Shown here: positions 62,977-64,000 of the stretch, one piece after another
How the letters are laid out: each line of letters starts with the position of its first letter
Position numbering within the stretch: the stretch's first letter is position 1
From: a virus
DNA length: 64,000 bases
IMG/VR virus record: IMGVR_UViG_3300030004_000009
Span: 96,001-160,000 of that record
Reading direction: 5' to 3' (one strand)
Notes under the pieces: generated by a model
Told to the model about the DNA's origin: nothing
The model's input: only the letters and a program-made list of their open reading frames with translations
Database searches by the model: none
Made by a program: the position numbers and the translations under genes

Positions 62977-63488
62977 ATGGTTAAAAGTGTAGACGAACTA
63001 ATAGGTGAAACCTGGCGTAAAAAGATAATATGGGATGTATCTCATGAAAGAGCACTTAAACAAGTAGAAGCTGGAACCTTCTACTTTGATCCTAACCTAT
63101 CATATGAGACTACAGGTTATAGACCAATAACAGAAATTAAAGGTCTTGATTTTAATCCACTACCTTTTAAGAAGATAGGATTAGATAGAATATCTAAAGG
63201 TACATATTCGGGACTTCAGATAGGAAGTAAACACCATAGAGATTGGTGGCTAGAGCAGTATGATAAATGTGAAAATGGATTTGAACACAAAGGTTATAGA
63301 GTAACTGGTGATCATTATTTCTTCTTAAACTTTTACTCTATGTTAGTCGGTAAGAAAGGACAGAAGGCTGGAGCCGGACGACAGTTCACACACCCTTCAT
63401 TTTGGTCACTTCACTATGAATGGTTTCATTACATAGAACTTGCAGAAGTATTTGGTTATGATTGTGCAGCTCTAAAATCAAGAGGGGT
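62977..63488 (+). CDS. terL: Terminase large subunit, exon 1
   Basis: WW..Q..KC.NG...RVTGDHYFFLNFY...LKSRGV crAss-type TerL N-terminus, broken by an intron. Confidence 0.85.
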
Positions 63489-64000
63489 AAATGTCTTGCC
63501 CTCCGTCTAGGTAACTAGCGGTAATAAATCCGGCAATATCGGTGAAGACTAAGTTGATTATTATAAAAACAATTAAAATTATTATGACTATAAAAGAACA
63601 AGAACAAATACTAGAGAAATTACCTTTTTACACTAAGCATAGTAGTAAGAGAGAAATAAGACATGAGTTCTTCGATAACATTGAAACAGAAGTTCAAGCA
63701 TATATCCTAGGTATATACGCATCAGACGGGAGTGTTAATGCAGAACGAAAGACAATGACTTTAGGAATATCACAAGTTGATACTCAATTAATAGAATTAT
63801 TTAAGAAATACATATCACCAAATGCTTATACTCGTATTACTGAACCAAGAGTATTATCAAATGCAGGTAGAAATGGTATAGATATAAATGATAATGGTTC
63901 TATATATTTGGATATAACTAGTGTAATTATCTATAAATCTCTTTGCGATAAAGGCTTTGGATCTAGAAAGACTTATAACGATTCAGTCTTACCTAATATA
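63489..64000 (+). mobile_element. Group I intron in terL (runs off the window)
   Basis: P1 GGGU|AA:UUGCCC with U-G pair; P2 CUAG-GUAA-CUAG; AAUAUCGGUGAAG P element. Confidence 0.8.
63584..64000 (+). CDS. Intron-encoded LAGLIDADG homing endonuclease (partial)
   Basis: Hand translation MTIKEQ...FFDNIETEVQAYILGIYASDGSV...; open to the window end. Confidence 0.85.
   Translation, partial: MTIKEQEQILEKLPFYTKHSSKREIRHEFFDNIETEVQAYILGIYASDGSVNAERKTMTLGISQVDTQLIELFKKYISPNAYTRITEPRVLSNAGRNGIDINDNGSIYLDITSVIIYKSLCDKGFGSRKTYNDSVLPNI

Noticed and set aside
1-64000. Stop-codon reassignment, as in some crAss-like phages
   Set aside because: Core genes are intact in the standard code, breaks are explained by introns, and no clean suppressor tRNA was seen

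Overview
This window is a 64-kb segment of an AT-rich, apparently lytic crAss-like (Crassvirales-type) phage genome. A Bacteroidota host is inferred from the gene repertoire and from TTTG-N20-TAnnTTTG promoters. The standard genetic code fits and no integrase is seen. Minus strand 1-19.5 kb is the replication module: PolB, SF2 helicase, DnaB-like helicase, AAA ATPase, SSB, primase, resolvase and nucleases. Minus strand 19.5-54 kb is an accessory/early region with a NARP1-like NAD+ module (NAMPT and PRPS homologues), tandem SemiSWEET-like proteins, TerD, Nudix, four tRNAs, a tmRNA, a hammerhead ribozyme and an unusual density of candidate structured RNAs and tRNA-like elements. Plus strand from 54.3 kb carries RepL-like, lysis-like, exonuclease, GroES-like and terminase genes. 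Three group I introns with homing endonucleases interrupt the AAA ATPase, the DnaB helicase and TerL; both splice sites were reconstructed by eye for the first two and only the 5' site for TerL. The most distinctive signals are the run of closed RNA domains with tRNA mimics and a ribozyme, a cluster of six long palindromes near the strand switch, a recurrent ~24-bp phage motif, and possibly leaderless promoters on the mobile nucleases. All protein and RNA family calls come from motif recognition by eye, not database searches.
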